DNA of 34,962 nucleotides from Octopus bimaculoides (GCF_001194135.2 NC_068993.1:24825390-24860351); one strand, 5' to 3'. Shown: positions 11,230 through 23,978, counted from the first letter of the stretch. Notes: generated by a model not told the origin, from the letters alone. Translations and numbers: made by a program.

Positions 11230-12401
11230 TCTGTGTCAAATTAAAGATTAATGGTTCTGAATGCAAGACAGTAAGATATGCGACACACCAATGACATTCT
11301 CTAGATATAAATGCCCAGTAAAAAAAGATCACACAATAAATAATGGGAGAGTTAATTGTAAAGTTGGCCGCGTAAATAACGTTGATATAACAGATCGATA
11401 TGGATTAGGTAGAAGAAATGAAAGAAATAATCAACTATTCTTTTTCTTTAACAAGAAATATTTTAGCAATGACTAACACACTGCTCCAACAACCACCAAG
11501 AAAATTATTCACGTGGAAAAGTCCAGATGACATGATAGCAAATCGGGCAGACTACATTCTGATAAACCAACGGCTTAGAGAGTGTGTGAAACTTGCAAAA
11601 ACATTCCCTGTGGCAGATATATATTGCGACCATACTTCAATGGTAATTATATTACAAATCAAATTTAAGAAAATGAAATGGCTAAAGGAAGAGAACAATT
11701 GAACTTAAATTTGCTAAAATAGACAAAGTACAAACAAAGCTAAAATATATCTGTAAAACAATTATGAATATTTACACAATAAAAAAGAAATACAATAATA
11801 GAATAAACAAACAGATGGAAGGAGAAAATAAAACATTTAAAGCTAACAAGTAAACATTGTTTTAAAGAGAAAACTGGCTGAAAGGGGAAAAGGAAAAGAA
11901 GAAAAAGTGGATGACTGGACAAATTCTATCAAAAATTAAAGAAAGAAACACAATAATAAAGATCAAGACAGATATAGCAGTTTAAGTAAAACAATAAGTA
12001 GGGGAGAATAGAAATGTATAAAAGCAAAAGTCAGTTGAAAAAACAACTTCAAAACCATCATAAATTTTTTAATGAAATCACAAAATAGCATATGTATGAG
12101 TAAACAAGGTGGTAGCATTAAGGATCGAATGGGGGAATACTGTGATCATGAATAGATTGCATCTAGATGATATCTTTATTCTGTTTCTCTTTTATCTCTT
12201 ACTTGCTTCAACCATTAGACTGCGGTCATGCTGGGCACCGCCTTGAAGAATTTTTAGTCGAACGAATCGACCCCAGTACTGGCACTTATTCTGTCGATCT
12301 CTTTGGTCGAACGGCAATCACCGGTTGTCAAGCGGTGGGTTGAGGGACACATACAGACACAAAGACACAGAACACAGACACAGACACACACACACACACA
12401 T

Positions 12402-12466
<65 letters not shown>

Positions 12467-14012
12467 CTAGATTCGCTCACAAGGCTTTAGTCGGCCCGCG
12501 GCTATAATAGAAGACACTTTTCCAAAGTGCCACGAAAGGTAACTGAACCCAGAACCATGTGGTTACGAAGCTAACTTCTTACGGCAAAGCCAGACCGCCT
12601 ACGCCTCTACACAGCCACGCCTGAACATATATTGGTAAACAGAGACTATTCCCAGTTTCAAAGCTGCTAACAAAAACAAAATCTTAAAATAAGGAGAAAA
12701 GGCAATAAACTCAGTGAAAGTTGAAAAGGCTATGAGAGTCGATGAAATATTAGTATTAAAAGCATCCTAGATCTAACAATAGGCTTATATAATGTAATAT
12801 ATGAAAATACATAGATCCAACCGAAATGAAACAACGTCTTTCTTCCAGAACTAATGAATCCAAAAGATCAAACTGTAAGTGTGATGTGTCATGTAACTAA
12901 ATTACCGATAAAAACAACCATCCAACAACCAATTACATCAAGAATGAAGGAAAAAATAAATCAACTAAAAAGTGATGTCTGCTCTAGGAATGGAAACTCG
13001 TGAAGGAACGTTTAACCCAACAGATATCTGTGAAAGAATCCTAGACAAGTCAAGATTGTAGCATATACTTGATAGACTCCGCCAAGACTTTTGACATGTA
13101 CTGATGTACTCGAGATATGTGATGAAAACTTCCAAATAATAATCATAATGTACAGTAAGCAATAAGCGTAGTGAGAGCTGAACGATGGAGCGAAAATCTC
13201 AAAATTTGAAATTAATAAAAACATCAGGCTAGGTTGTGTACTATCGTCTGGCATATTTTAGCAATACACTGAAATCTTCAAAGAAATATAAGATACAACG
13301 GGAGTATTTACACGAAGTATGATCATTAACAACCTTAGATATGCAGATGATATTGCTATATTAACTTCCAAAGATTACCGACATAGTATTGTAACCACAA
13401 AAAATGACAAAGGAGTGCCTGATGGAATTGAAGTAAATGTAAAGAAAATAATATCCATGTTGATACGCAAGAAACAAAAGTCATCTAAAATCAATGTTAT
13501 AATTGATAGAAAACCAATTGAACTGACACCAAAAATGATATACCTGAGATATATGTCGTCAGAAAACGGAAAATGTGAGGCAGACATCAAAAGAAAGATC
13601 GAGATAGTTAGTAAATCATTTGAAAATATGTCAAACATACTAACATCAAAAAGCATTAATATCGAAACCAGAAAAAAAAATATTATTGAGGTGTTATTTA
13701 TAAACCAGGTACTAGAATAGATGGAACTGAAGTATGGACATTACCAAAATAGATTAAGAAGCCTTTCAGCTGTGGGCTTAAATAAAACATTCGAGAATAT
13801 CATTGACAGATCATAAAACCAATGGTGAAGTACTAAGAATGGAAAAAAGACTAAGAAAATTTCATTAGATGCCATCAAAAAGAGAAAGCACATATTTCGG
13901 ACACTTAATTACAAAAAATAGTTTACAGCGACTGTTCATAGAAGACAAAATATAAATGGAAAAAGAGGGAAAGTAATATCAAACAGCAAATGTATAAGGA
14001 CAGTACAAAACC
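11230..14012 (+). mobile_element. Degenerate RTE-clade LINE (BovB-like; APE endonuclease + RT) interrupted by a SINE
   Basis: YGLGRRNER, TNTLLQQPPRKLFTWKSP..NRADYILI..KTFPVADIYCDH (APE); GCVLS and INNLRYADDIA (RT core, ORF 13319-13720); many stops and frameshifts. Confidence 0.9.
12171..12622 (-). mobile_element. SINE family A inserted in the RTE LINE, internal (AC)n(AT)n
   Basis: Reverse complement of the 17046 copy; LINE coding resumes on both sides. Confidence 0.85.
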
Positions 14013-14014
14013 GA

Positions 14015-14093
14015 GATGATGATGATGATGATGGGGTGGTCGTGATGGTGGTGGTGATGATGGTGAGGAGGAGGAGGAGGAGGAGGAGGAGGA
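14015..14093. repeat. Compound trinucleotide repeat (GAT)n(GGT/GAT)n(GAG)n at the LINE 3' end
   Basis: Directly visible. Confidence 0.9.
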
Positions 14094-14429
14094 TTTACAC
14101 TACCTAGTTCGGTAATGCACTAATAGGAAACCTAAATCCTGCCAGATTTCTCCATCTGGTGTATAATTGGGTAGAATCCTTTAGAAATAGTGATTCTGTG
14201 TCTAATAAAGGGAAGCAACTAATCAGGTATGAAGCAAGCAACTACTGCGCTGGTCATTTCCACTTTCTTACACTTTAAGCCATCTCTAACATCCTGACTG
14301 GATTTTGATTTCTTTTCAACGAGAATATTAATTCATATTAAATCCTTGCTAAATAATTAAATCCATAAGGAAACACAACTTGGATAGCGTTTCGAACCTA
14401 ACATCTAAACTACGTCTTCACATTCAATT

Positions 14430-14570
14430 TTGTTATTGTTTAGCCTCTATGTCAGCCCTAACTGAGCAGGCTCATAATCAAAAGCATTCCAGGGGTAACC
14501 ATCCTGTCTTTTTATATAACGAGATTTACATTCTCCAATGTAGCCTTCTTTAATACAGTAGGGTCTCATG
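14430..14570 (-). repeat. Interspersed repeat family C fragment
   Basis: Inverted similarity to 8746-8918. Confidence 0.45.
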
Positions 14571-14689
14571 TGAGGAAAGTGAGGTAATATTTATGATTAG
14601 CCTACCGGATGCCCTGAGTATTTCTTATAACACAAAATGCTATCTAATAATTCCATTGACATCGAGACTAGAACGCAAATTAAGCCCAG

Positions 14690-14745
14690 TGCTGTGCCCA
14701 GAAAGGCAAAATTGGCTTTGTTGGAATCTGAACTCAGAACGTAAA
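14690..14745 (-). mobile_element. SINE family B fragment
   Basis: AAAGGCAAAATTGGCTTTGTTGGAATCTGAACTCAGAACGTA. Confidence 0.6.
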
Positions 14746-14830
14746 AAAGAGGTAATTATATACTGCAAGACAATCCCTCTATCTATACACTTTAAAATCT
14801 GATGCTAAATTTGCATCATATAATTATACC

Positions 14831-14920
14831 AGACATACAGACAGATAGACAGACACATACATACATGCATAGACAGATAGACAGATAAATAGATAGATAG
14901 GTGGATAGATAGATAGATGG

Positions 14921-14973
<53 letters not shown>

Positions 14974-14976
14974 CAT
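14831..14976. repeat. (GATA/GACA)n microsatellite
   Basis: Directly visible. Confidence 0.93.
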
Positions 14977-15356
14977 AAATACGTATAAATATGTATATTA
15001 ATACACATACATATATGTGTACATACATACCTACATACACACATATATACCTACCTACCCACTTACATACATAAACTAATGCATTAAAGTATGTACGTAT
15101 GTATGTACATATGTATGACTATATAATCTATTTCGGCTGGATTATATGGCTGTTCCTCTGGAGTTACTCCAGGTTGGTTATCATACACCTGCTTCACAGG
15201 ATAAAGAATAAACAACGACCAAGATGACAAATCGAAATATCCAGCTGATTGCTTAACAACGGGCTTCTACCCCCACTCCTTGTTTTAATTGTGAAAGAAG
15301 ATATGTCAAAGCATTCGAATTAAAAAGGAGATAATAGGAGAGAGTAAAGTATAACA

Positions 15357-15530
15357 ATGGCACTCCGTCGGTCACGACGACGAGGATTCCAGTTGATCTG
15401 ATTAAGGTGAAACTAACGTGCAAGTGGCTGAGCACTTCACAGACACGGGTACCGTTAATGTAGTTCTTAGGGAGATTCAGCGTGACACAGGATGTGATAA
15501 GGTCGATTCTTTGAAATAAAGGTACAAGGT
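15357..15530 (-). mobile_element. Probable SINE 3' part (another family)
   Basis: GGCACTCCGTCGGTCACGACGACGAGG..GTGCAAGTGGCTGAGCAC..GGGAGATTCAGCGTGACACA resembles an abundant octopus repeat as I recall it; no second copy in the window. Confidence 0.5.
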
Positions 15531-15714
15531 ATAATAGCGACTTAGTTGAATAAGGGATTTGGGGAGCAGATATATGAATTTGGTGAATATTAGAAAAGGG
15601 ATGGAGGAAAAAGATTGAATGGAAAGGAGAAAAAGAGGAGGCTTAGGGCTATGAGATGATACATAGAATTGATTTATTACAAATGCACGAGACTTTAAAG
15701 GGTGAAAGAAAGAA

Positions 15715-15830
15715 TCGGTTATATCGGCCCTAGTACGCAGTTCTGGAAGGATGAAAGGCAATACTGACTTCAGCAGGATTTGAACTGAGAATGTAAAGAG
15801 CTGGAACAAATATTGCAAGGCAGCATTAAA
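15715..15830 (-). mobile_element. SINE family B fragment
   Basis: GAAGGATGAAAGGCAATACTGACTTCAGCAGGATTTGAACTGAGAATGTA. Confidence 0.65.
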
Positions 15831-17045
15831 AAAAGTCCAAACATGTTAAATAAGACACAAGGTAAAATATTAAATATTACACTAGGTTTGAATGATTAGA
15901 ATAATTACTTAGATGGAGTAGATATAGGATGGCAGACTGCAACATGCTCGTAACTAGCTATTTATTCACCAAAATGGAGGCTTCAAAGTACAGATAATAA
16001 AGGTTTGTTACCTAATTGCATACATAGTAGACTACGGGTGCATTCGGACCTTACCTGACAGTTGTTTGAATACATAAATGCATTTAAAAGAGAGGAGAGA
16101 GGAGGGACAGAAAATCAACTTTTTATCCAATCGTTTCAAAACATAAAGTTTAGAAATGGCGACATATAACTGCCGTTACTGGAGCAACTCATACTTATCT
16201 TTGGCGACTTGGGAAACATTAGACTAAAATGATGTTAGAAACACCAGTTATCTGTTTAATATATCTTTTTTCGTAATCCATTTGAAACCTGATCTGCAAG
16301 TATTTATTAGAAATGAGATGGGTTAATTAGACTGTTTCAACATCTTGCTTGAAGTCAACACCACCGGTTTGTATTCTCTTACTTCTCTATTCAATAAAAT
16401 GTTTTTGCTTTTGTTTTGTTTTTTTTCTTTTTGCTTTTTGCTTTTAGTAATATAATCTAGTCGAACGAATCTTCATGAAAATTTAACTACTCAAACTATT
16501 AACGAAAATAACCATATCATCTAATCTATTGCAATTGTTTTCTTTCGTACCATGCAATAATTTATAGTCGCAACTTAAATGCCGCCCATCTAAAAAAATT
16601 TTAGAGGAAAAGCAATGCAATTTGTCATGCTTAAAAGTTACAACTTCCTGAAACCAAATCGGTACTTTTGAGAACGCATCGTTTTTGTCCAGTAAATTTT
16701 TAATGGAAATGTTATAGATATTATAAGAGCCAATCCTTCGACACGATGTTAACAAAAAGTTAATCTGTATCAAACCTACATGCCCATTAGGGTGGAGCAT
16801 TTTCCAGTTTCTATGGCGTATAAGCGACAATGAGCACAAAACTCTAATCTGAAAAGTACTCCAGTTCATGGTAGCGTTGGCCCGATACCAGCCGTGCAAT
16901 TATTTTCAGCTAGTGGACTAGGACAACGTGACACAACGCACCACCCAAACCAAAGACCTTTCAATTGTAAACACTTTAACTACTAAGTTTTTATACCATA
17001 AATGTGAGAGAAGCCATAATTTGAAAGTAACGGTTTCTCTTTATA

Positions 17046-17443
17046 GGAGTGGCTATGTGGTAAGTAGCTTGCTTACCAACCACATGGTTCCGGGTTCAGT
17101 CCCACTGCGTGGCACCTCGGGCAAGTGTCTTCTACTATAGCCTCGGGTCAACCAAAGCCTTGTGAGTGGATTTGGTAGATGGAAACTGAAAGAAGCCCGT
17201 CGTATATATGTATATATATGTATGTACGTGTATATGTTTGTGTCTCTGTGTTTGTTTCCCCCCAACATCGCTTGACAACCGATGCTGGTGCGTTTATGTC
17301 TCCGTAACTTAGCGGTTCGGCAAAAAAGACCGATAGAATAAGTACTAGGCTTACAAACAACAAATCCTGGAGTCGATTTGCTCGAATAAAGGTGGTGCTC
17401 CAGCATGGCCGCAGTCAATTGACTGAAACAAGTAAAGTATAAA
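17046..17443 (+). mobile_element. SINE family A, best-preserved full-length copy
   Basis: Pol III A-box-like TGGCTATGTGG, B-box-like GGTTCAGTCCC, body CACCTCGGGCAAGTGTCTT, internal TA/TG microsatellite, A-rich tail. Confidence 0.92.
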
Positions 17444-17883
17444 ATTATTTGGAAATGGATGCATGGCGTTCAATGCTGAATGCTCGAAATGAGGAGTAGA
17501 TAGACAGCCGACAACTGATGAAGGGTCCTTTCCCTGTTTTCCATTTTTTCTCGTTGTTTATGTATTTCATGTTGTTTGAACCGTTGGTGATGTTCTGTAC
17601 ACATAAATGCATTATTATTATTATTATCATTATTATTATTATTATATATATATAAATTGAAAAAGTTCGTTATAGCTAATAATGATACCATAAACAATTA
17701 TACAAATTGAGAAAAGATATTAAAAAATTAAAATTAGATTTAATTTAGATTTAATAAGTTCATATTCTTATTGCTTGATCTAGCAGGATATTTCTGAATA
17801 TGATGAATTTTTATTATAAATTATTTTCTCTCTTTTTGGACTCCTCAAAAAGTTTGAATTGTTCTACTTGAACTTATATTTTT

Positions 17884-17915
<32 letters not shown>

Positions 17916-17916
<1 letters not shown>

Positions 17917-19082
17917 TAGCCTAAAAGCCGCACTCCGCGCGGAGTTTTAAACTGGCTCTTGCGAAGGGCTAATTGGGCCTGTCGCCCAAAACTAAAGAGA
18001 CCAATTATAATAAAGCATTTATCGGTACCCTACCATCTCAGATTTATATCACACAGTATCACATTTGTAGAATTTTGTATCACTGTGACATTTGGCGATC
18101 AATGTAAAGCAGCAAGATAAACATCATTCTTGGTTTTGCCATTTGGTGTGAGTATGAAGAGATTGTTGCTATTTCAATCTCTGGAACAACCAGCATAGAA
18201 CTGACCATGTGAAAAGCACTGCTGCATGAGGTGAAGTCCAACAATTTTTAGTAATTGTCCTTGACTCTTGTTAACTGACATTGCAAAACAAACTCTTACT
18301 GGAAATTGAAGTCTCTTGAATTCAAAAGGCATATTTGCTGGAATCAGTGGAATTCTTGGAATAAATACCTTTTTTCTCCTTTTCCTTGTCCAATGAAGCT
18401 TGTTGCTTCCAAAAGATGTGGATGTATTTGCTTGACAATCAGTCTTGTATCATTGCACAGCTTTGGAGAATCCAGATTTCTCAAAAGCATGATTGGAACT
18501 CCTTTGTTCAATGTCAGTTTGTGAGAGGGCATTCTAGGAGGATCCAAAAAGTTTTTAAAAAAACTCAGTAGGATAATTGACAGCCTCACTGGAGTCCACA
18601 GCAGTATCAATTGAGAAATACTTTTTTCCTTAGTATTGATTGATTGCATAGGTTTTCAATTGACAACTTAAACAATTTCATTCTTTGGTGCAAGTATGGA
18701 TCTTTCACAAAGCCAATCATGATCTTGAAAATTACACCCAATGTTTGGATAAACATTGGTAATCATCTCTTCTACAGTTTTGACCAAAATTCCACAGTCA
18801 TTTTGAAAATGGTGTCTCCATTACTTTCTTGCTGAATGCTTCCATTTCCCAAATCCAGCAGCTGAGCTGCAAATCTTCCGGCATCCAAATCTCTGAGTAA
18901 ACTGGCTCCGCCGAATGTCCGGTCCGGCGGAAGTTCGATCAGGCCGAAAGTCCGATATGTGTCAAAAACCGATTTGGGCCGAAAGTTCAAGTTCTTCAAT
19001 ATTTCCTTCCGAGCGCTTCAATTCACAAACTCCGCGGAGATTCGAAACCTAACGAACAGGAAACCTCTCACTCTAACTTGGA
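17916..19082 (-). mobile_element. Non-autonomous Helitron retaining the C-terminal Pif1-like helicase part of RepHel
   Basis: 3' end CTAG|T at 17916 next to (AT)n, with GC palindrome ACTCCGCGCGGAGT at 17932-17945. The 5' boundary (A|TC at 19082) is tentative. Confidence 0.85.
18105..18900 (-). pseudogene. Helitron RepHel helicase remnant
   Basis: FAAQLLDLGNG, WLCERSILAPKN, PSHKLTLNKGVPIMLLRNLDSPKLCNDTRLIV, PFEFKRLQFPVRVCFAMSVNKSQGQ, FSHGQFYAGCSR, GKTKNDVY. Confidence 0.92.
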
Positions 19083-19558
19083 TCTAGTTTTAAATGAACT
19101 GAATTGAAAATATTTTATAAATTCACAAAGTTTTGCTATTACTTTAAATTCAGTTTAAATGAAAAAATGTGTAAGGTCACAAATTTTTGGAGTTCTTTTA
19201 AAATTTGAATTTTAACTGTTAGCGTATAAGAAATCCTCATCTAGATCTAACTCCAATGCTGGATTTTCAAGACTTTTGATCACTATAAGCAAATCATTTG
19301 TTGGTGACATTGTGCCAAATTGGAATATGGAACGTTTTTCGCTTCGTTCCGCTAAGAACGTGAATCCATCGTGTGCGTTGATGCCACACACTGGTAAGTG
19401 AGTGATGAAATGGCCTGTAGTAGTGACTTGAGTGGCGACGTACGAAAGCGATCGGTAAGGTGTTGACCTGTTTCTCCAATGTAAAGTATACCACATAGTT
19501 TGAATATGATGCAATAAATAAGATCATATGTGCATCAGAAATTCTGAGTAATATAATA

Positions 19559-20452
19559 CTAGATGGTATCAAAAGGTTTCCGGACTAGAATCGTTTAATA
19601 AAAAATAATTTATTTTCTTAAGTCTTAACTTCATCTTCGAAATAATCAATACACGGATCCCAGCGTTCTTGTCGCTTTTGGAATCCGGCCTGGAAGTCGT
19701 TTTCCGTAAGCGAGTAGTAGACCTTCGCTCTGGATATCGACAATGGTGTTAAAACGGTGACCTTTGAGCAGCATTTTCATCTTGGAGAAGAGATGGAAGT
19801 CCGTAGGTGCTAACTCTGGCGAATAGGGGGAATACAGAAGCAATGCCATATTGTTTTGGGGGAGAAACTCACGAGTGAGCAGAGCTCGGTGTCAGGGTGC
19901 ATTATCGTCGTGAAGAATCCAGTTCTTCGCGCTCGACAAATCCGGTTGCTTTCGCCGAATGTCCTCCATCAAATGCTTCAAAACGTCGCAGTAGAATTCT
20001 CGATTGATGGTCTGGCCTTGGAGGACGAAATCTCGATGCACAGTACCACATTTCCGGAGTGACGCTCGTGCAGATGTTCCAGATCGCTCGTCGTTTTTCA
20101 GGGAAGTTCTTCCGTTTTTGAAGTGTGCCACTCGAAACATTGCGTACGATCCATTTCCTCGTCGCCGTAAGCTTGCCGAAGCATGCTCAATGTCTCTGTA
20201 GCAGACTTCCCAAGTTTAACACAAAATTTCACGTTGTCTCTTTTTTCCTACTTCCTGTCCATGATAAAATCAAGGACCACAACATACACGTGATCACAAA
20301 AACACAAATTTCACATCTTGCGAAGTAAACACAGTGATGTCACTCAGCACACTGCCTCACGAAAGTCAGTGCTAGCTCTCACTGCGAAGCAACCGTTTGC
20401 TGCCATCTGTTGGTGCACTACAGAACTAGTCCGGATACTTTTTAGTACCACT
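19559..20452 (-). mobile_element. Internally deleted mariner, same family as 7381-8264
   Basis: TIRs ..GATGGTATCAAAAGGTTTCCGGACTAG and CTAGTCCGGATACTTTTTAGTACCAC, TA flanks; KLGKSATET, GQTINREFY, WILHDDNAP, YSPELAPTDFHLF. Confidence 0.92.
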
Positions 20453-20579
20453 ATAATGACTTCGGCCCAGTGAGGACTGTAGTGTTGTTAATGTGGGAGC
20501 AGGTATTGCATTTTTGGTGAGTGCATTTAAAAATACTTGGTTGAGTGGGATTAAATTCTGTGAAGCTACTTACTAGGAA

Positions 20580-20582
<3 letters not shown>

Positions 20583-20672
<90 letters not shown>
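20583..20672. repeat. (GA)n microsatellite
   Basis: Directly visible. Confidence 0.95.
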
Positions 20673-21361
20673 TGGGAATACAGACTGAAGGCATAGGTAA
20701 AGAGTGTAAGAGAGCGGTGGCACAGTTGATGGCCTGGGTCCACAACTAATCGATTCAAGAAAACTTGTTGCTTTCTTTCTCATTTGGATTCGAAATCTAG
20801 ATCAATGTTGTAGAGCCAGTAAAGGCGAATAGGATTGAAAAAGATGGTAGAGAAGATTTAATGTTTCGTGTGAGAAGTGTAGTGGTGATAGGAGTAGGAG
20901 TCAGGATTAAATGAACTATCTTATTTTCTGCTCCTACACCTTTTACTTCGTTAAAACCTTTCTTATCCCTCAACTTTCCTCTCATCTTTTCCCTTCACCT
21001 CACTCTCAACTTCGCTCGCTTCTCCTCGTCTTCATTGTAATCCTCTTTTCTTCTACCTTTCAATATGTTTCTATATCAACCCCTTAACCTCCTTTTTCTT
21101 TGTCTTTTGGACCGATATCTTTCTACGCTTTCATCTCCGGCGTACACCCTACTCTCTAGCAGCTACACATGAAGAACCTAATTATCGTCACGACCAAACA
21201 AAACCTGCTCTTAAGCACAAGATACTACTTTACATTCTCTTTAACCTTCTCCAACTATGCATCATCTATCTGTACGCATATATATATGTATATATANNNN
21301 NNNNNNNNNNNNNNNNNNNNNNNNNNNNNNNNNNNNNNNNNNNNNNNNNNNNNNNNNNNTA

Positions 21362-21392
21362 CTAGCAGCCAAGCCCGGTTTCACCCGGTCAG
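21362..21392 (-). mobile_element. Helitron-like 3' terminus (short hairpin + CTAG|T)
   Basis: Minus strand GACCGGGTGAAACCGGGCTTGGCTGCTAG|T; same layout as the Helitron end at 17916; abuts a TA-flanked gap. Confidence 0.6.
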
Positions 21393-21410
21393 AGAACGAT
21401 GCGTGTAGTT

Positions 21411-23978
21411 CTGAGTTCCTGGAGACGTGTGTGTCGGGTGTTTGTGTCTGATACTATGGTGCAAATCCTTTTGGCTAAACAGAAAGGGATATTCATTCTT
21501 GTGTGTCTTGGGTGGCATTAGTCAAATGGTAGGTACTGCTTTGAGTCTGTCGGTTTATAATAGATATCCGTCTCTATTTTGTTGCCGATTTTCCCAATGA
21601 GGATATCTAGAAATGGTAGTTTTTCCTGGTTATGTTCTATCGTGAACTGGATGTTTTCATTAATTCCATTTAGTAGTATTTTAAATTCCTCAAGTTTTTC
21701 TATGCTTTCATCCCAGAGGATGAAGCAGTCGTCGAGATATCTTTTCCAGTTGTTCTGGATATAGGTGGGAAAAAAGTTTCCATATTTCTCGAGTGTTTTC
21801 TGGTAAAGTATTATTTCGAGGTAGCCCATTACTAGGTTAGCAAAAGAAGGTGCAGTACGTGTACCCATGACTGTTCCCGATCTTTGTCTGTAGTAGTCAT
21901 TATTAAATATAAAGTAATTGTTTTCTAAGATAAATCTCAGTCCTTCTATTACGAGTTCTTTATTTATGCGAGTTGGAAGTTCAAAGGAGTAGTTGTTTAG
22001 CCAGAAGGTGATCGCTTCTATTCCTGAGTTGTGGGGAATGTTTGAATAAAGGTTAACTACGTCGAAGGAGACTAGTAGGGCTTTCTCATTGACTGTTTTT
22101 GGGAGGTGGTTAAGCATGTCTATATCGACTCTTATGTAGCTTTTGATGTGCTTAAAGAAAGGTTTTAGAAGTGTGTCTAAGAAGTTGCTGAGTTTCGCAT
22201 GCTGGGCCTGCTATTATCGGTCTAAGTTTAAGATCATTCGGTGAGGGGATTTTGATGATTATTTCAGTAGTTTTTTTTTACATGCTTCACTAATTATTTT
22301 GTTTTTGTGGACTTTCGAGATACCGTAGAATAAACTTGATTTGCTCTCGAAATTGGTGATGTAATCGTACTCCTTGTCTATGAGTCCTTCTCTGAATGAG
22401 TTGATTAATGTCCTGAGGTTATTCATTATCTTTGGCTGATTATAATGTTGGGTTCTATCGTAAAAGGGATAGTACTAAATTTTTATAATCATTTATATTC
22501 ATTAATACTACCGCGTTGCACTTATCTGCCTCCTTAATCGTTATGGTTTTATCTTCTCTTAGTTTGATGAGGTTGTTCCATTCTCTTTTGTTGAAGTTTG
22601 GTCTGTATTTTTGCCTGTTTGTGAGTTGAAAAGGGAAATTGGCTATGTGGTCACAAAAGCGGTCTAAGGCTTTATTCTTTCCCTTGGTAGGGGTGTAGTT
22701 GCTGTTGTTTCTCGCTATTGATTCGTCATCCATGTGTTTGCCATGAAATTCCTTGGCAAGTCTTAATTTCCTACAAAATTCCGAAATATCGTCTTTCGTT
22801 TCATAGTAATTTGGATGTTGTGGGGTTGGGGTAAATTTAAGTCCATTGGATAGTATGCTTATTTCGTTAGGTGTAAGGTCTTTATTTGAAAGATTAATTA
22901 TTTTAATTACCTGTGGTTTCTTTTGTTTGTCCGTTGCCATCGTGTATTCCTGTTTCTGTGTGTTGGGTCTAAAAAATGGTTGGTGTTGCTATGTTCAAAA
23001 GCACTGTTTATCTGTCTCCTGTTGTAATTTTTAAAGTGGGTTTGTGGTGTTCTGTTTTGTAGTGTGCTTTTGAACCTCATGTTCCGTCTTAGTGTATTAG
23101 GTATATTTTGTTGGTAGTTGCTTCTTCTGTAGTGTGTTTGTTGTTTGTTAAGGTCGTATGGTTGGTTCCTATAGTAGAGGGTCGGTAGTTGAGTCTTAGT
23201 TGGGTTATGTAGATTGTTGTTCGTAGGATTGTGTTGCATTCCTATGGTTCTTGAAATGGTGTGGTGGGTCCCTGTAGGTGTTTTGGGGTTGGTTAAGGTA
23301 GTATGGAGTGCGTTTAAAATGTCTTTCTCTGGTAGGGGGTGTATTTAGATTTCTTGGTGCTTGTTCCGTTCTGTTGGTATGTGGTTTTGTTTTTCTTAAT
23401 TTTAATGAAAGGGTTGTTGGACATGTGTTCGGTTTTGAAGTTGGTTTCATGATCCAAGAACCAGTTGGCGCTCTTTTCCCATCTTTGGAGGGACTTTAGT
23501 TCCTCTTTTTCACATTCTTCTTTCCATAGTTTAAGCAATGTTTCAGTATCGATGCCGTCTGTTAGTTTGTTGACGTCTTCATTGATTTCTTCATCTATGG
23601 TTTTTACTTTTTCTTCATTCGTCTTCGCTCTCAGTTTTAGTAGTTCAATTTCCATCTTCATTATTTCTAATGACATTTTTCTCTAAGTCTTCTTTGTGCT
23701 TCTGGTTCTTCCAGGATGGGTTTTATTTGTAACTTGCGGGGTGTGATTAGGGGTGTTAAGTTCAGCCGCTTTTGGTAAGTTTCTGCTTTATTCTGATTTT
23801 GTATAATTTTCCAAAATGCGAATTTTCTGTTTCGTTGTAGTTTTCTCCATTGTGGTAAGAAATGGTTTTTTATTTGTAATTCTGATGTTATTGCGTTCCT
23901 CCCATATCGTCCTTCGTTTTGTTGGCCTTGGCCTAGAGTCACTCGTTTTGTTGCCCTACGGCCAACAGTCACTCCCAC
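21411..23978 (-). pseudogene. PLE ORF (N-terminal domain + RT), 3'-truncated in the thumb, no GIY-YIG
   Basis: IINLSNKDLTPNEISILSNGLKFTPTP, IKEADKCNAVVLM, LRPIIAGP, SFDVVNLYSNIP, GTVMGTRTAPSFANL, WKRYLDDCF, LPFLD, YYKPTDSKQYL, CHPRHT; several frameshifts. Confidence 0.93.

Larger units (their letters stand above)
19270..20940 (-). pseudogene. Old PLE fragment (RT thumb, Cys linker, GIY-YIG) split by a mariner and (GA)n
   Basis: PDSYSYHHYTSH (thumb, ~20900); FKCTHQKCNTCSHINNTTVLTGPKS (20455-20530); DLIYCI..LCGILYIGETGQHLTDRF and EKRSIFQFGTMSP (19290-19530). Confidence 0.85.

Noticed and set aside
16483-16990. 138-aa minus ORF and a plus-strand zinc-finger-linker-like THHPNQRPFNCKH
   Set aside because: No recognisable domain; the C2H2 Cys/His spacing is not met.
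17046-17115. tRNA genes in SINE heads
   Set aside because: A/B boxes are present but there is no full cloverleaf, and they continue into SINE bodies.
17505-17590. CTGATGA at 17515-17521 as a hammerhead
   Set aside because: No GAAA closing a stem II and no stem I/III partner found; at most a decayed repeat fragment.
21160-21215. CATGAAGAA..CCAAAC as a degenerate hammerhead
   Set aside because: Too many core changes and no convincing stem II.
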